Shown here in pieces: positions 37,118 through 45,226 of a stretch of 64,000 nt of DNA (its first letter is position 1; each line of letters begins with the position of its first letter). The notes under the pieces are model-generated. The model saw only the letters and a list, made by a program, of their open reading frames with translations. It did no database searches and was not told where the DNA came from. The DNA is from an uncultured Clostridia bacterium (GTDB taxonomy: Bacteria; Bacillota; Clostridia; Christensenellales; UBA1242), in assembly GCA_945919375.1 (NCBI GenBank), contig CAMEJD010000006.1:7406-71405 (forward strand). Reading direction: 5' to 3'. The translations under genes and the position numbers were made by a program.

Positions 37118-37551
37118 TATCTTTCTCCTTTTAAGAGTTTTAATTTTGCACCAAGTCTGTTTACTTGCATTAAATCACCATTATTCATTGCCATATCAAG
37201 CAAATGCTCAAGTTCTTCTATCTCTTGTTTTTTTGCAAATCTTGGTGGAATTTTTCCAAGATTTTCATCAGATATACGTGTTGATTTTATTGCAGACAAT
37301 GCAACTTTTTCAAATTCTTTATAACAGTTTTCGCAACCAAAAAAGCCAGAAGCAACAAAATCTTTTAATGTTGTCCCACAATTATGACAAAATTGGTTTT
37401 TTATTTTAAATTCTGGATTAACAGAAATTTCATCACTTAAAATCAGTGCATTTTTACACTGAACACACAAATTTTTTTGAACAACCTTGCCATTGATTTT
37501 TATATAGCAATATGTGGTTGCAATTCGTTCTCCACAATTTTCGCAAAGCAT
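37117..37551 (-). CDS. mcsA: McsA (zinc-finger/UVR-domain activator of McsB)
   Basis: MLCENCGERIAT...CVQCKN...CHNCGT...CENCY cysteine pairs and a C-terminal UVR-like helix (EIEELEHLLDMAMNNGDLMQVNRLGAKLK). Confidence 0.8.
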   Translation of the reverse strand: MLCENCGERIATTYCYIKINGKVVQKNLCVQCKNALILSDEISVNPEFKIKNQFCHNCGTTLKDFVASGFFGCENCYKEFEKVALSAIKSTRISDENLGKIPPRFAKKQEIEELEHLLDMAMNNGDLMQVNRLGAKLKLLKGER

Positions 37552-37589
37552 ATTTTTGTCCTTGTAAAATTAAAAATTTTAACATTTTA

Positions 37590-37618
37590 ATTTTAGTGTA
37601 TTTTGCTCTTATTGTCAA
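37590..37618 (-). promoter_or_regulatory. Sigma-A-type promoter TTGACA-N17-TAAAAT for mcsA-mcsB-clpC
   Basis: Minus strand: TTGACA at 37613-37618 and TAAAAT at 37590-37595. No GGTCAAA-type CtsR direct repeat is visible nearby. Confidence 0.55.
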
Positions 37619-37640
37619 TGTAAAAATAATTTAAAATCTC

Positions 37641-37669
37641 TTGACTATTTTTGTATTCTATGTTAATCT
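37641..37669 (+). promoter_or_regulatory. Sigma-A-type promoter TTGACT-N17-TAATCT for tRNA-Leu/tRNA-Gln
   Basis: TTGACT at 37641-37646 and TAATCT at 37664-37669, about 12 nt before the tRNA-Leu 5' end. Confidence 0.5.
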
Positions 37670-37681
37670 AAACTACGATTT

Positions 37682-37764
37682 GCGGATGTGGTGAAATTGG
37701 CAGACACGCAAGACTTAGGATCTTGTTCGAAAGAGTGGGGGTTCAAGTCCCTTCATCCGCACCA
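37682..37764 (+). tRNA. tRNA-Leu (anticodon UAG), encoded CCA
   Basis: Acceptor GCGGATG/CATCCGC, anticodon stem CAAGA/TCTTG with loop CTTAGGA, a long variable arm, TTCAAGT T-loop and terminal ACCA. Confidence 0.9.
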
Positions 37765-37770
37765 AACACC

Positions 37771-37795
37771 AAAAAGTCCAAAGGACTTTTTTTCA
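37771..37795 (+). terminator. Hairpin plus T-run after tRNA-Leu
   Basis: AAAAAGTCC-AAA-GGACTTTTTTT. Confidence 0.55.
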
Positions 37796-37824
37796 TTAGT
37801 AAATTATTCCTAAACAATTAATAT

Positions 37825-37899
37825 TGGGGTATCGCCAAGTGGTAAGGCATTGGACTCTGACTCCAACATCCGTAGGTTCGAATCCTACTACCCCAGCCA
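37825..37899 (+). tRNA. tRNA-Gln (anticodon CUG), encoded CCA
   Basis: TGGGGTATCGCCAAGTGGTAAGGCA start is typical of tRNA-Gln. Anticodon stem TTGGA/TCCAA with loop CTCTGAC, TTCGAAT T-loop, 3' TACCCCAGCCA. Confidence 0.9.
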
Positions 37900-37907
37900 T
37901 TAGAAAA

Positions 37908-37980
37908 AACATCGCCCTTTTAATTCGATTTGAAATTGTCATTTCAAATCTTCATTTTTGGGGCGTGTTTTTTCTTCTTA
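37908..37980 (+). repeat. Copy 1 of a ~73-bp direct repeat with a terminator-like hairpin GATTTGAAAT-TGTC-ATTTCAAATC followed by TTCATTTTT
   Basis: 69/73 identical to 38059-38131. It starts 8 nt after tRNA-Gln(CUG). Confidence 0.8.
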
Positions 37981-38058
37981 CCCACCATGCGAAAACTCCG
38001 CTTCGCTAAGGAGTTTTGTGGGTACTTCCCTTCGGAGTATGTCTTTGCTTTCTTATTG

Positions 38059-38131
38059 AACATCGCCCTTTTAATTCGATTTGAAATTATCATTTCAAAT
38101 CTTCATTTTTGGGACGTGTTGTTTCTTTTTA
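38059..38131 (+). repeat. Copy 2 of the ~73-bp direct repeat
   Basis: AACATCGCCCTTTTAATTCGATTTGAAATTATCATTTCAAATCTTCATTTTTGGGACGTG..., 151 bp downstream of copy 1. Confidence 0.8.
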
Positions 38132-38196
38132 CTTAGCATAAATAACTATCAATTTAAACTTTTTAAAAAAATTGTAAAAATATTTTGAAAAATGTC

Positions 38197-38225
38197 TTTA
38201 CATTTTGATTTCAATATTATATAAT
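38197..38225 (+). promoter_or_regulatory. Sigma-A-type promoter TTTACA-N17-TATAAT for tRNA-Gln(UUG)/tRNA-Lys
   Basis: TTTACA at 38197-38202 and TATAAT at 38220-38225, 12 nt before the tRNA 5' end. Confidence 0.6.
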
Positions 38226-38237
38226 ACAAAAGCGTAT

Positions 38238-38312
38238 TGGGGTGTAGCCAAGTGGTAAGGCACGAGACTTTGACTCTCGCATGCGTAGGTTCAAATCCTG
38301 CCACCCCAGCCA
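38238..38312 (+). tRNA. tRNA-Gln (anticodon UUG), encoded CCA
   Basis: TGGGGTGTAGCCAAGTGGTAAGGCA; anticodon stem CGAGA/TCTCG with loop CTTTGAC; TTCAAAT T-loop; 3' CACCCCAGCCA. Confidence 0.9.
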
Positions 38313-38428
38313 AATGTGCTTTGCACATCCCAAATGAATTTGTAAGTTCCCCCAATTTATAAATTCATAAATCGATTATGATTTTGACTTATAGGCATTC
38401 GCTTATAGTCAAATCAAACCCCCTTTAT

Positions 38429-38504
38429 GGTTCACTAGCTCAGCCGGTAGAGCACTTGACTTTTAATCAAGGGGTCTCGAGTTCGAATCTCGAGTGAGCC
38501 ACCA
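38429..38504 (+). tRNA. tRNA-Lys (anticodon UUU), encoded CCA
   Basis: Acceptor GGTTCAC/GTGAGCC, D-arm TAGCTCAGCCGGTAGAGCA, anticodon stem CTTGA/TCAAG with loop CTTTTAA, and TTCGAAT T-loop. Confidence 0.9.
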
Positions 38505-38507
38505 AAA

Positions 38508-38536
38508 AAACTCAATCGTTTGATTGAGTTTTTTTG
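38508..38536 (+). terminator. Intrinsic terminator after tRNA-Lys
   Basis: AAACTCAATC-GTTT-GATTGAGTTT followed by T-rich sequence. Confidence 0.75.
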
Positions 38537-38574
38537 TTTTATGTTAGTGTTAAAAATATTTACTTCACCCTTGT

Positions 38575-39032
38575 TTAAAAGCAATAATTTCTTACAATGG
38601 CAAATGCAAGATAACTAAAATACATTAACAGAAGAATTGCCCCTTCCCATCTTTCGATTTTGCTTTTTGTGTAACACATAGATAAAAATATTGCAGTAAA
38701 TACAAAAAGAATAAGAGTGTCTGTTAAAATAACTGTTGAAATTGGAATATTACCAATAAGTCCTACACCACCCAATATCAAAATAATATTTGCAATGTTT
38801 GAGCCTATTACATTTCCAAGAGCAAGACCTGTATCACCCTTTTTTGCAGCAATAACAGATGTTGCAAGTTCTGGTAAACTTGTACCTATTGCAACGATTG
38901 TAAGTCCAATTATTATTGATGGAACTTTTAGTTTTTTGCAACTGCACTTGCTCCCAAAACAAAAAAGTCTGCCCCATATATTAAAAGCACCATTCCTATA
39001 ATTAAAAATAAAATATTTAAAAATATATCCAT
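38575..39032 (-). pseudogene. CaCA (YrbG-type Na+/Ca2+ exchanger) remnant: frameshifted and about half length
   Basis: From ATG 39032: MDIFLNILFLIIGMVLLIYGADFFVLGASAVAKN then TAA (38928-38930). The +1 frame continues LKVPSIIIGLTIVAIGTSLPELATSVIAAKKGDTGLALGNVIGSNIANIILILGGVGLIG...ERWEGAILLLMYFSYLAFAI (track ORF 38575-38781). The shift lies at the A6 run (T-run 38932-38937). There is only one alpha-repeat, versus two in ~320-aa homologues. Confidence 0.6.
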
Positions 39033-39070
39033 ATTTTCTCCAAATATATTATTTTACATAAAAAAATAAA

Positions 39071-39099
39071 AAATCTCAATATATTATTGAGATTTTTTT
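39071..39099. terminator. Bidirectional intrinsic terminator
   Basis: AAATCTCAATA-TAT-TATTGAGATTT flanked by an A-run and a T-run. Confidence 0.7.
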
Positions 39100-39129
39100 A
39101 ATATTTTTTTGTATTATTAATAATTCGTT

Positions 39130-39477
39130 TTATTTTTCCAAATTATTATTTTCTTCATTTATTTTTTCTTTATCAACAACTCCCATAATAAGTCTTGATT
39201 CAAGGTCAATATTACCAAAATAAAAATCAATTTTATCGCCCAAAGAGAACTTTGTTTCTCCATTTGAAACTGACATTTTATCTTTACTTTCCTTGTAAGG
39301 TTTATTTTGAGCATTAGGTAACTCGGATAACAACATCAACACTTTTACAGTTCCGTTCTTATGCAAAATTGTAACACATCCATTTTTTATGCTGAAAATA
39401 TATCCCGATTGTTTTTCTTTCATATGTTTTTTTGCCCAAAGACAAGCAAGATATTTATCACTTTCACTTTCTAACAT
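39130..39477 (-). CDS. Detached C-terminal S1-domain segment of RNase R
   Basis: SDKYLACLWAKKHMKEKQSGYIFSIKNGCVTILHKNGTVKVLMLLSEL.......FSLGDKIDFYFGNIDLESRLIMGVV parallels the RNase R region ..AER....KK.EYM...IGE.F.G.ISSV..FG.FV.L.N..EG.VH.S.L......F.LGD.V.V.V..VDL..R.I.F. It is in the same frame as 39490-41163. Confidence 0.6.
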   Translation of the reverse strand: MLESESDKYLACLWAKKHMKEKQSGYIFSIKNGCVTILHKNGTVKVLMLLSELPNAQNKPYKESKDKMSVSNGETKFSLGDKIDFYFGNIDLESRLIMGVVDKEKINEENNNLEK

Positions 39478-39489
39478 ATCTTAATTTTA

Positions 39490-41163
39490 TTATAGGTAAT
39501 TCAAATGTTCACAAACACTTTCAAGTTGTTGTTTATTGCCATCCAAAATATTTCCATATTCAAGAACTTGCTTTATCAGTTGATGAGTTTTAAAGTCTGC
39601 ATATCTTCTTATTGGTGAAGTGAAATGAATATATCCCCCATTGTTGTCAATTGAAAGTCCAAAGTGCGAAGTCTCTTTGTATGTTGCCAAATATTTTGCC
39701 TTTGAAAGCGCTCTTGATATTTCCACCATCAAATAATCTCTTGATGGGTTTGATTTTACCAGCTCAAGCAAATTATAAAAACTTTCTGGTGTGTTTTCAA
39801 GGTCATAATCAATGTTAAAATTTGATAAGGTTTTCTTTAGATGCTCAAACTTTTCATCTTCACTTTTTTTGTGGGTTCTAAACACTCCGACAATTTTTTT
39901 ATCCTTAAAGAATTTTGCAACAATTTCATTTGCAAGAATCATTCTTGTTTCAACAACCAAATGTGAATATTCTTCATTTGATATTTTTATATCTTCTACA
40001 TTTGTTCTGTCTTCACTAAACTTATACTCAGGTTCGTGACTATCAATTCTTAATATATTTTTGTATCTATTTTCAAGAATTTTTGTATTTTTATATAACA
40101 AGTCAAGTTGCCTTTTTGTTGTTGCATTCTTTATATCTTCGCCATCTTGACATAAGTGTGTTTTTTCTGCTTCGGCATAGGAATAAGATTTTTTTACATC
40201 AATAACTGCAAGTTCAATTTTCTCATCAGAGAACGAACCATCATTATTTACAATTGCACTTGCAACAACTGCAAGTCTTGGCTTATTTTCGTCAAGTGAA
40301 CAAATGCCATTTGACAAAACTGGAGGGAACATTGGATAAACACCACCACCAAGATATGCACTATTACCACGTTTGTATGCTTCCTTGTCTAACTTTGAAC
40401 CATCTTCAACAATAGCACTTACATCTGCAATGGCAACATAGCACCTAAGTCCTTTATCTGTCATTGCATCAAAAATTGCATCATCTTTATCTTTGCAACC
40501 AATTGGGTCAATTGTAACAAAATCTAAATTTTGGTAATCTACCCTTCCCTGTTTTTGTTCTTCGGTTACAAATTGCGGAACTTGGTTTGCCTCATTTATC
40601 ACTTCGTTAGGGAACTCTGTGCTAAACCCATATTTTGTGGCAATTGCGACATTTTCTGAAATTGGGTCATTTGAAAATCCAAAAACATTAACTATGCTGA
40701 CAATTTGTTTCTTTATATCATCAATGCGAATCAAACAAGTTTTGTTTAAATTATCTTGAATATCTTTTGTTTGATAAATTATAAAATGATTTGCAGTGTC
40801 CTTGTATGGCTCAACAATATAGAGACCTTGTTTGTCTTTTATAATTTTCCCAAGAACCAAATCACCATTCTTGTAAGTTGTTTTTTGATTTGAAATAAAA
40901 TTTATATTTGTTTTGTTTTCTTTTGTTGAAAGCAATTTCAGATTTTTTAATTTCCTTGTTACTGCATCATTTGCCTTAACGATGTTATTATCAATAAAAA
41001 GACCCTTTTTCGATTTTAAGGTATATATTGCATTTTTTGCCTTTTCAAAAGTAATATCAAGGTGTTGTGCAACCAAATTTGCAACGGTATCAACATCTTT
41101 GCCAAACCCACAATTTTTGTAGATTGCAAGCAAAACTTCTTGACCAAACTTTTGTTTATTCAT
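39490..41163 (-). CDS. rnr: RNase II/R-family 3'-5' exoribonuclease, RNB core
   Basis: RNB motifs DPIGCKDKDDAIF, YLGGGVYPMFP and HFGLS...YIHFTSPIRRYADFKTHQLIK. The ORF ends ...CEHLNYL followed by TAA TAA. Confidence 0.85.
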   Translation of the reverse strand: MNKQKFGQEVLLAIYKNCGFGKDVDTVANLVAQHLDITFEKAKNAIYTLKSKKGLFIDNNIVKANDAVTRKLKNLKLLSTKENKTNINFISNQKTTYKNGDLVLGKIIKDKQGLYIVEPYKDTANHFIIYQTKDIQDNLNKTCLIRIDDIKKQIVSIVNVFGFSNDPISENVAIATKYGFSTEFPNEVINEANQVPQFVTEEQKQGRVDYQNLDFVTIDPIGCKDKDDAIFDAMTDKGLRCYVAIADVSAIVEDGSKLDKEAYKRGNSAYLGGGVYPMFPPVLSNGICSLDENKPRLAVVASAIVNNDGSFSDEKIELAVIDVKKSYSYAEAEKTHLCQDGEDIKNATTKRQLDLLYKNTKILENRYKNILRIDSHEPEYKFSEDRTNVEDIKISNEEYSHLVVETRMILANEIVAKFFKDKKIVGVFRTHKKSEDEKFEHLKKTLSNFNIDYDLENTPESFYNLLELVKSNPSRDYLMVEISRALSKAKYLATYKETSHFGLSIDNNGGYIHFTSPIRRYADFKTHQLIKQVLEYGNILDGNKQQLESVCEHLNYL

Positions 41164-41221
41164 AAATTCCCCTTTTGTTCATAAAAATGATATCACATTT
41201 CTTGCGAGTATGCAATATGGA

Positions 41222-41250
41222 AAAAGAAAATGCAAATGCATTTTCTTTTT
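41222..41250. terminator. Intrinsic terminator between the lipoprotein gene and rnr
   Basis: AAAAGAAAATGC-AAAT-GCATTTTCTTTT palindrome. Confidence 0.65.
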
Positions 41251-41261
41251 CTTTATTAGAT

Positions 41262-42035
41262 TTATACTCCTGTTTCAATATATTCATCAAGTGCAGGAAA
41301 ATCAATTGTTCCTTCATATGATATCATATCAATTGTGGTATCAAAAGAAATCTCTGTTGTAATTGTAGAAAGAATTACTTTCAATCCATCAAATTTCCCA
41401 TTCTTGAAAACGTAATAAATATCGCCCGAAATATTATAACCTTCTTCCTTGTCATCAGTTGAAACCGTTAAACGATATTTTGCTGTGTCACCATCTTGTG
41501 CAACTTTTACATCAATTGTTCCATCTTTTGCATACTGATTTAACATTGAATCAATTTCGTCTTTTGAAGGAATTACGGATAATACTTGAAAAATTGAATT
41601 TTCATCTTCAAGAGCATTCATTTTTTCTTTTACTTTTATTCCGCCCATTTCTGTATAGAAATATCCGTCTTTTATGTAACTTTTCATTTTTGCTTCTTGT
41701 TTTGCATTGTCGGTAATAAATTTTGTTTTAATTTCAAAATATGCTGACAAATTTTTCGCTTCGTCATCTTCCGAACTTAAAATTTTACCATTCATTGATA
41801 TTTCTGATGTAACTTTATCGTCAACCTTTGTGTTGTATGTCATTGAAAACTTGTAGCCTTTTGCGTCAAGGTTTTTGGCCTCATCAACTTGTGCAACATA
41901 TGTTGAAAATGCTTCTTTTGTTGTATCCTTATAGTTCCCGTCAACATTAACCTTAACACCATCGCCACAACCTGCAAGCATGAATGCACAACACATTAGT
42001 AGCAGTGCAAAAACTTTTGTTATTTTTCTTTTCAT
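41262..42035 (-). CDS. Lipoprotein, unknown function (LolA-like fold suspected)
   Basis: Signal peptide with lipobox MLAGC (MKRKITKVFALLLMCCAFMLAGCGDG). The mature part contains YIKDGYFYTEMGGIKVKEKM, a pattern seen in Gram-positive LolA-like lipoproteins. Confidence 0.7.
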   Translation of the reverse strand: MKRKITKVFALLLMCCAFMLAGCGDGVKVNVDGNYKDTTKEAFSTYVAQVDEAKNLDAKGYKFSMTYNTKVDDKVTSEISMNGKILSSEDDEAKNLSAYFEIKTKFITDNAKQEAKMKSYIKDGYFYTEMGGIKVKEKMNALEDENSIFQVLSVIPSKDEIDSMLNQYAKDGTIDVKVAQDGDTAKYRLTVSTDDKEEGYNISGDIYYVFKNGKFDGLKVILSTITTEISFDTTIDMISYEGTIDFPALDEYIETGV

Positions 42036-42093
42036 TTCTTCTTCCCCCCAACTTTAGAATATTACAGACTTTGTATTTTTGTCAATAACAATT

Positions 42094-42909
42094 TTAATAT
42101 TCATCCAAAAACGAATGTTTTTTGTCGTCTTTAATATATCCAATAACAGTGTCTAAATTAACTTTGTGAATACTGTTAAAAATATTTATATCAACAGTTT
42201 CATTCGTCTTTTTCATTTCTTTTATCAATTCTTTTATTTCTTTTCGTTTTGATGTCATCTCTCCATTTTCAACGCCTTCTGTGAGTTTGCATGCACAACG
42301 TAAAAAATGTAAATCATTATAGTTTGCAAAATGAATGATGTCTTCTTCTCTAACCAAATATAAAGGTCTTATAAGTTCCATACCTTTGTGGTTTGTACTT
42401 TTTAGTTTTGGCATCATTGTTTTATATTCCCCACCATAAAACATAGAAAGAAGTATTGTTTCTATTGCATCATTAAAATGATGTCCAAGCGCAATCTTGT
42501 TACATCCCAAACTTTGAGCATAATTATACAAATATCCCCTTCGCATTCTTGCACAAAGGTAGCAAGGCGAACCTTCTACACTTGCAACAATATCAAAAAT
42601 TGGAGAATCAAAATAATGAATTGGAATACCCATAATTTTTGCATTTTGCTCAATTAGTTCTCTATTTTCTTTTTTATAACCCGGGTCCATACAAATGAAT
42701 TCCAAATCAAAATTTATATTCCAATGTGCTTTTAGAAGTTGCATACATTTTGCAAGTAACATACTATCCTTTCCCCCGGAAATACATACTGCAATTTTAT
42801 CCCCTTCGCTTATAAGTTTATATTCATCAACTGCATGAATAAATCTTTTCCAAATTGTCTTTTTAAATTTTTTTGTTATGCTGTGTTCTATCTCTTTATA
42901 CTTTTCCAT
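42094..42909 (-). CDS. ttcA: PP-loop ATPase, TtcA-type tRNA 2-thiocytidine synthase family
   Basis: SGGKDS PP-loop (AVCISGGKDSMLLAKC), CYLCARMRRGYLY and LGHHFNDAIETILLSMFYGG. Confidence 0.8.
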   Translation of the reverse strand: MEKYKEIEHSITKKFKKTIWKRFIHAVDEYKLISEGDKIAVCISGGKDSMLLAKCMQLLKAHWNINFDLEFICMDPGYKKENRELIEQNAKIMGIPIHYFDSPIFDIVASVEGSPCYLCARMRRGYLYNYAQSLGCNKIALGHHFNDAIETILLSMFYGGEYKTMMPKLKSTNHKGMELIRPLYLVREEDIIHFANYNDLHFLRCACKLTEGVENGEMTSKRKEIKELIKEMKKTNETVDINIFNSIHKVNLDTVIGYIKDDKKHSFLDEY

Positions 42910-43616
42910 TATTTCTCCATTAGTTTGTTTATCACAAATTGACTGATATAAAGCCCTGCAACTGCTGGCACATATGCAATACTTGCCGGCGTTACTTTTC
43001 GCACTTTTTCATCAAAGCGTTTTGGTTGTTCTGTGGAAAATACAACATTTAGATGATAAATTCCACGATTTTTTAACTCTTTTCGCATTACTTTTGCAAG
43101 TGGACAATAATTTGTTTTGCTTATATCACATATTCGCAACTGTGTTGCATCAAGTTTATTCCCTGTTCCCATACACGAAATTACTTCAACATTTTCTTTT
43201 TTTGCCTTTTCTATTATTAGCAATTTTGACGTTACCATATCTATTGCATCAATGACAAAATCATAACAAGAAAAATTAAACCTATCAATATTTTCTTTTG
43301 TTAATTTTTCTTTTATTGCAACAACATTACAATTTGGATTAATGTTCTTTACTCTCTCTTTTGCAACATCAACTTTATATTTCCCTATTGTTGTTTGTAA
43401 TGCAATTATTTGTCTGTTCAAATTACTTTCGCTGACAGTGTCAAAATCTACAATAGTAATATTTTCAATCCCGCTTCGTGCCAAACTTTCCAAAACATAT
43501 CCACCAACACCACCAACACCAAACAAAATCACTTTGCTATTTTTTAATTTTTCAAAGTTTTCTTGCCCTATTAACTTTATCTCTCTACTAAATTCTTCCA
43601 TAATTCCCTTTTGCAT
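42909..43616 (-). CDS. tcdA: tRNA threonylcarbamoyladenosine dehydratase (ThiF/E1-like)
   Basis: KVILFGVGGVGGYVLESLARSGIENITIVDFDTVSESNLNRQI is a TcdA/CsdL-type Rossmann motif. 235 aa. Confidence 0.8.
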   Translation of the reverse strand: MQKGIMEEFSREIKLIGQENFEKLKNSKVILFGVGGVGGYVLESLARSGIENITIVDFDTVSESNLNRQIIALQTTIGKYKVDVAKERVKNINPNCNVVAIKEKLTKENIDRFNFSCYDFVIDAIDMVTSKLLIIEKAKKENVEVISCMGTGNKLDATQLRICDISKTNYCPLAKVMRKELKNRGIYHLNVVFSTEQPKRFDEKVRKVTPASIAYVPAVAGLYISQFVINKLMEK

Positions 43617-43660
43617 AATTATTTGTTAATATGTATATTTATACAATATTTGTATAATTA

Positions 43661-43771
43661 TTACCAATCTTCTTTAAAGCCCTTTGTGTGGTCTTTTACA
43701 TCATCATAATACGAATAATACTGTTCTTTTAATTTTTTGTTGCTTTGTTTTATCTTGTTTTTGTCTTTCAT
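43661..43771 (-). CDS. Possible 36-aa small protein, translationally coupled to the methyltransferase gene
   Basis: ATGA overlap with the upstream stop. My translation is MKDKNKIKQSNKKLKEQYYSYYDDVKDHTKGFKEDW. Too short for the track and with no homology evidence. Confidence 0.25.
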   Translation of the reverse strand: MKDKNKIKQSNKKLKEQYYSYYDDVKDHTKGFKEDW

Positions 43772-45054
43772 TTTTTCTCCAATAAGCACAATGTTTCAAT
43801 ATGTTTTGTTTGTGGAAACATATCATATGGCTCAACAAATTTTATATCATAATTTTTAGTTAAAATTTTTAAATCTCTTGCAAGAGTGTTTGATGCACAA
43901 GAAAGATATATAATTTGTTTTGGCAATTTTTTTAAAATTGTTTCTAACACTTGTTTTTCACAACCTTTTCTTGGTGGGTCAAGAATTATTGAATCAATAA
44001 TTTTTATATCTTGCAACATATCTTTTATGTCGCCACAAAGAAATTCAATATTTTTAATCTTATTGTTTTGGGCAATTTGTTTGGCATCAAAAATCGCCGA
44101 ACTAACAATTTCTATTCCATACACCTTTTGCACTTTCTTTGCAAGTTTGCAAGAAAGTACTCCACGCCCACAATAAGCATCAACAATAATATCTCCATTC
44201 ACAAGTTCATATATTTTGTTATAAATTTTATCTTTTATCTCTGCGTTTATTTGCATAAAACTAAATGGACTTACAAAACACTTTATACCTTGGTCGATAT
44301 ATTCAATTTCCTTTATACCACTAATATGTTTTAGTTCGCCATAAATTGTTGAGTTCTTATCATTATAAGAAATATATATTCCATACCTAACATTAAGACA
44401 ATTTAATCTTACAAGTAAATTATCTATATTGGGCAATTCTTTTACAACACCAACAAAGGTTATTAACAAACAATCATTAACAAATTTTAAATCAACTTGC
44501 TTTATTTCGCCTTTTTTTGTTTTGTAGTTATAGCCTTTAAGTTTGTTATCAAAAAAATATGAATTGATGAAACTAATAGAATTGTTTATTACATTATTTG
44601 CAAGTTTACATTCTTTTATTTCCAAAAATTTGTGACTATCTTTTTCATAAAACCCAAGTGTACCATTTTCACTTACCTGAAAAGTTATATGATTGCGATA
44701 ATTTAGTAAATTATCTCCAACAACCAAACTTTGTATTTTCCCATTGTAATTTGCATATTTTTTTAAATTGTTTTGAACAATTTGTTGTTTGATTACTTTT
44801 TGCTCACTGGTAGAAGCGTGCATAATATCACAGCCACCACAAACTTTAAAGTATGGACAAACTGGTTCAACCCGACTTAAACTTGCTTTGTTTATCTTTT
44901 CAAGTTGTGCGACTTCAAAATGTGTGCTTTCTTCAACAACTTTTGCATCAACATTTTCACCACAAAGAGCATATGGAATAAAAACGATTTTTTCATCGCT
45001 AACTCCAACCCCTTCGCCATTTGCACCATATCTTATTATATCAATATTTTTCAT
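43768..45054 (-). CDS. rlmCD: 23S rRNA (uracil-C5)-methyltransferase, RumA/RlmCD family
   Basis: N-terminal TRAM-like domain, Fe-S cluster motif CPYFKVCGGCDIMH, SAM-binding DAYCGRGV, and C-terminal DPPRKG plus YLSCASNTLARD. Confidence 0.85.
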   Translation of the reverse strand: MKNIDIIRYGANGEGVGVSDEKIVFIPYALCGENVDAKVVEESTHFEVAQLEKINKASLSRVEPVCPYFKVCGGCDIMHASTSEQKVIKQQIVQNNLKKYANYNGKIQSLVVGDNLLNYRNHITFQVSENGTLGFYEKDSHKFLEIKECKLANNVINNSISFINSYFFDNKLKGYNYKTKKGEIKQVDLKFVNDCLLITFVGVVKELPNIDNLLVRLNCLNVRYGIYISYNDKNSTIYGELKHISGIKEIEYIDQGIKCFVSPFSFMQINAEIKDKIYNKIYELVNGDIIVDAYCGRGVLSCKLAKKVQKVYGIEIVSSAIFDAKQIAQNNKIKNIEFLCGDIKDMLQDIKIIDSIILDPPRKGCEKQVLETILKKLPKQIIYLSCASNTLARDLKILTKNYDIKFVEPYDMFPQTKHIETLCLLEKK

Positions 45055-45101
45055 AAAAACATTTTAACATAAAACAATAAAAATAGCACTAAAAAATAAA
45101 A

Positions 45102-45133
45102 AAATGACTAGATAAACTTATCTAATCATTTTT
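45102..45133. terminator. Orphan bidirectional terminator-like hairpin upstream of the methyltransferase gene
   Basis: AAATGACTAGATA-loop-TATCTAATCATTT (one mismatch) flanked by an A-run and T5. No gene ends next to it on either strand. Confidence 0.5.
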
Positions 45134-45226
45134 ATATATCAAATAATTAATGATTGTATTATGATTGTTTTTATTTGCTTTGATAATGTATAGTTTTTGT
45201 GATATATTGAATACGTAGAGGTTGAC

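Noticed and set aside
37824-38355. Track ORFs 37824-38009(+), 37930-38136(+) and 38149-38355(-).
   Set aside because: They overlap tRNA-Gln genes or the 73-bp repeats and have no RBS. They are artefacts of an AT-rich, stop-poor intergenic region.
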